This document shows positions 57,689 to 64,000 of a DNA stretch of 64,000 nucleotides, piece by piece. The stretch is from Chrysomallon squamiferum. Taxonomy: Eukaryota > Animalia > Mollusca. A program made the translations under genes and the position numbers. The stretch spans positions 27,776,001 through 27,840,000 of the forward strand of contig CM022677.1 in assembly GCA_012295275.1 (NCBI GenBank). Reading direction: 5' to 3'. The notes under the pieces are model-generated. The model searched no databases, was not told the DNA's origin, and saw only the letters and a program-made list of their open reading frames with translations. Numbering within the stretch: the first letter of the stretch is position 1; the number at the start of each line of letters is the position of its first letter.

Positions 57689-57812
57689 CTTCTGTTGCTG
57701 TTACCAAGTGACTGGCGATACGAAACCCCAAGAATGTGCACACGAGGAAAACGACTCCAACCTTCAAGTAACCCGGCCTGTTCCTCGGGTTTTCCTTCAC
57801 TGGAGCAGCCAT
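57689..57812 (-). CDS. Gene B first coding exon: signal peptide or signal anchor (MAAPVKENPRNRPGYLKVGVVFLVCTFLGFRIASHLVTATE)
   Basis: Acceptor cacttccag| at 57827, gacATGG start, G|gtattg donor in phase 1, basic n-region plus hydrophobic core. Confidence 0.75.
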
Positions 57813-58445
57813 GTCACAGACAGAACCTGGAAGTGAAATGAGTCGAAAATCTGGAACGATTCGTCAGCTGTCGGCTGTGGTCTTTGGTGTCTCTGAAATT
57901 AATTTGACCACACCCATTTATTAATTTATGTTTTTTTTTATTTTAATGTTATTTTTTTTTTTTTTTTTTTTTTTTTTAATCTCTCTCTTTGTTGTAATGT
58001 ACAGATACCGTACTGAAGCGATGAGATGTAATTAACTAAGTAGCTAATTACCGAGTGGAATAAATAAATATATTTTACTGCTACTACTACTTCTACTACT
58101 ACAGCTACTTCTACTACTACTGCTACTACTATTATTACTACTTCTACTACCACTACTACTACTACACAATACAACTACAACTACTACTACTACTACACTA
58201 CTACAACAACAACAACTACTGCTACTACTACTACTAATAATAATAGGGGTAATGATCATAACAGTAACAAGAATAATAATAGTAACAGTAAGAACAATAT
58301 CAACGACAGTAATACTACTATTAATAATAATAATGATAATAATAACAGCAACAATGATAGTGGCAACTACAACATTAATAATAATAATAATAATCACAAT
58401 AACAGTAACAACGACAACAACATCAGCAGTAATAATAATAGTAAT

Positions 58446-58479
<34 letters not shown>

Positions 58480-58522
58480 GTAGTAGTAGTAGTAATATAA
58501 TAACAACAACAACAACAACAAC

Positions 58523-58558
<36 letters not shown>

Positions 58559-58620
58559 CAATGATGATGACTGACATAAAATTACAGGCCAGTAACACAC
58601 CCGTTTGATAACACACTTAC

Positions 58621-58753
58621 ACGTTTACGAATAAAAACTGAAATATCTCGAATACAAAGCCAAGCAGGTAAAGACGCTGTTGGAAAACAGGCACTCACTT
58701 TCTGATGACGTAGTTCTCGTACCAACGACTGCAACCACGACAAACGTGAAGCG
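58621..58753 (-). other. Two candidate 5'-UTR exons of gene B (58753-58699 and 58637-58621)
   Basis: tttttcactctag|...|gtgagt and atatttcag|...|gtaagt splice pairs separated by a 61-nt intron. Confidence 0.4.
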
Positions 58754-59389
58754 CTAGAGTGAAAAAAAAAACGGTTGATGAGATTTTGTCAGACCTCACA
58801 GATTAACACATCAGCAAACAGTGAACATTTCTGCAGAGGTTTTGAGTGTCTGTGTCATTCCAACAATATATATGTTGTATGTATATGTGTGTGTGTGTGT
58901 GTAGATATATATATATGTAATGGATACACACAAAATATATATGTTGTATGTATGTATGTGTGTGTAGATATATATATATGTAATGGATACACACACAATA
59001 TATATCTATATATATCTATATCTATGTATGTATATGTTGAATACATGCACACGTATACATATATAGGCAGATAGATTAAAAGATAGAGATAGATCAGATA
59101 TAATTGTTTTTGCGTCCGAAAACAAAAAATGAAACAGATTGCATTGCAAAAAAAAAAAAAAATCATAAAATGAACAAACTTCAAACAGACAAATACATAA
59201 ATAAAAAAAGAAGGAAGAATTAATAATAATAAATAATAGATAAAAAACAAATAAAAAAAAAAAAAAAAAAAACAACAACAACAACAAATGAATAAATAAA
59301 CAGATAATAAATAAATAAATAGCCTACAAAAACGATATAAAAATAGATAAACTTTAATATCCTATTATGCTTTGATGTAAATATATATA

Positions 59390-59425
<36 letters not shown>

Positions 59426-59445
59426 TGTATGTATGTATGTATGTA

Positions 59446-59506
<61 letters not shown>

Positions 59507-59510
59507 ATAC

Positions 59511-59542
<32 letters not shown>

Positions 59543-59570
59543 GTATAGTATATGTTTGTATGTATGTGTG

Positions 59571-59625
<55 letters not shown>

Positions 59626-59948
59626 GTCTATATAGGCATATGTGTATGTATTTATGTGTGTGTTTATACATATACAGACATATACACACACACACATACA
59701 TATATACACAAACATACACACGTAATAAATGTAGAGTTACACAGATCGGTGAATGAAGAGAAAACACGAATACAGCTAAGTGATGATGAGTTGATGTGTG
59801 ACAGGCTGAAATGGTGATGAGGAGTTGAAAACTTTCCCAGTAACATTTCATCACTTGGTCTAACCACAGTCAGCTACGCATATAGCTGGCGTTCATATAG
59901 GTTTCAGATTTCACTAAAAACAATAAATAGTTTTAATAAAACTAAATC

Positions 59949-59995
<47 letters not shown>

Positions 59996-60630
59996 AATAA
60001 TAATAATAATAATAATTATAAATTAAGAAATAAAAATTAATATTAATAATAATTTAAAAACAAATTAGTAATAATAATTAAACAATTATAAAAATTAAAA
60101 ATTAAAATTAAAAATAATAATAATAATAAAATAAAAGTAATAAAAAATAAAATTAATAATAATAATAATAGTAAAATTACATAAATTAAAATTAAAATTA
60201 TCAATAATACTAATAAAATAAAATACAAAAATAAAAATAGAAATGAAATGTGTTTGTGTGTTTGTGTGTCTGTGTGTGTATGTGCATGTGGGTTATGTGT
60301 GTGTATGTCTGTGTGTGTGTGTATGAGTGTGTGTATGTGTGTGTATGTGTATGTATGTATGTCTGTGTGTATGTGTAAGAGGGTATGTGTGTATGTGTGT
60401 ATGAGTGTGTATGTGTGTTGATGTGTGTATGTGTAAGGGTGTATGTTGATGTGTGTATGTGTAAGGGTGTATGTGTGTGTATGTGAATGTGCGTGTGTGT
60501 ATGTGAGTATGTGTGTATGAGTGTGTGTATATGTGTGTGCGAATGTGTATGTGTGTATATGTGTATGTGTGTGTGTGTTTATGTGTATGGATGTGTGTGT
60601 GTATGTGCGTGTGTGTATGTGTGTGTGTGT

Positions 60631-63720
<3,090 letters not shown>

Positions 63721-63848
63721 ACAATAATAATAATAATAATATTAACAATAATAATAATAATAATAACGACAGTAAACAAATGAACGAATTTCGTGTTTTT
63801 TTTTCCTATTATTTATTTAGTTAGTTAGCTTTTGATTATTATTATTAC

Positions 63849-63921
<73 letters not shown>

Positions 63922-64000
63922 GTTATCATCATGATCATTATTATTATTGTTATTATTATTATTATTACTACTACTTTTCTAATGCAGTAATATATACATT

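Overview
AT-rich, extremely microsatellite-dense animal (invertebrate-like) genomic DNA; nearly all long ORFs in the supplied track are simple-repeat artefacts. Reading GT-AG exons by hand reveals a cluster of five paralogous, intron-split genes for apparently secreted proteins built only from divergent thrombospondin type-1 repeats (TSR: WxxW...CxxxC...RxC...CxG...C...C). Two genes have six TSRs: gene A (+, 20072-33043) and gene B (-, 57812-42571, 392 aa by my model). Three have two TSRs: gene C (-, 38216-33580, 134 aa), gene D (-, from 8308, second TSR exon corrupted) and gene E (-, 12643-9903, in-frame TGA). Intact internal exons are phase 1-1, and TSR pairs are usually joined by 15/18/24-nt microexons, so the six-TSR genes look like a triplicated two-TSR unit. 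Several minisatellites start at TSR-exon splice acceptors, including a ~3.3 kb array of about 100 copies of one intron/exon junction. Also present are a Tigger/pogo fragment, tRNA-derived SINE copies, a probable LINE remnant, local duplications and two stretches that look like consensus errors. All gene models are manual, without transcript evidence, and the labels A-E are mine.
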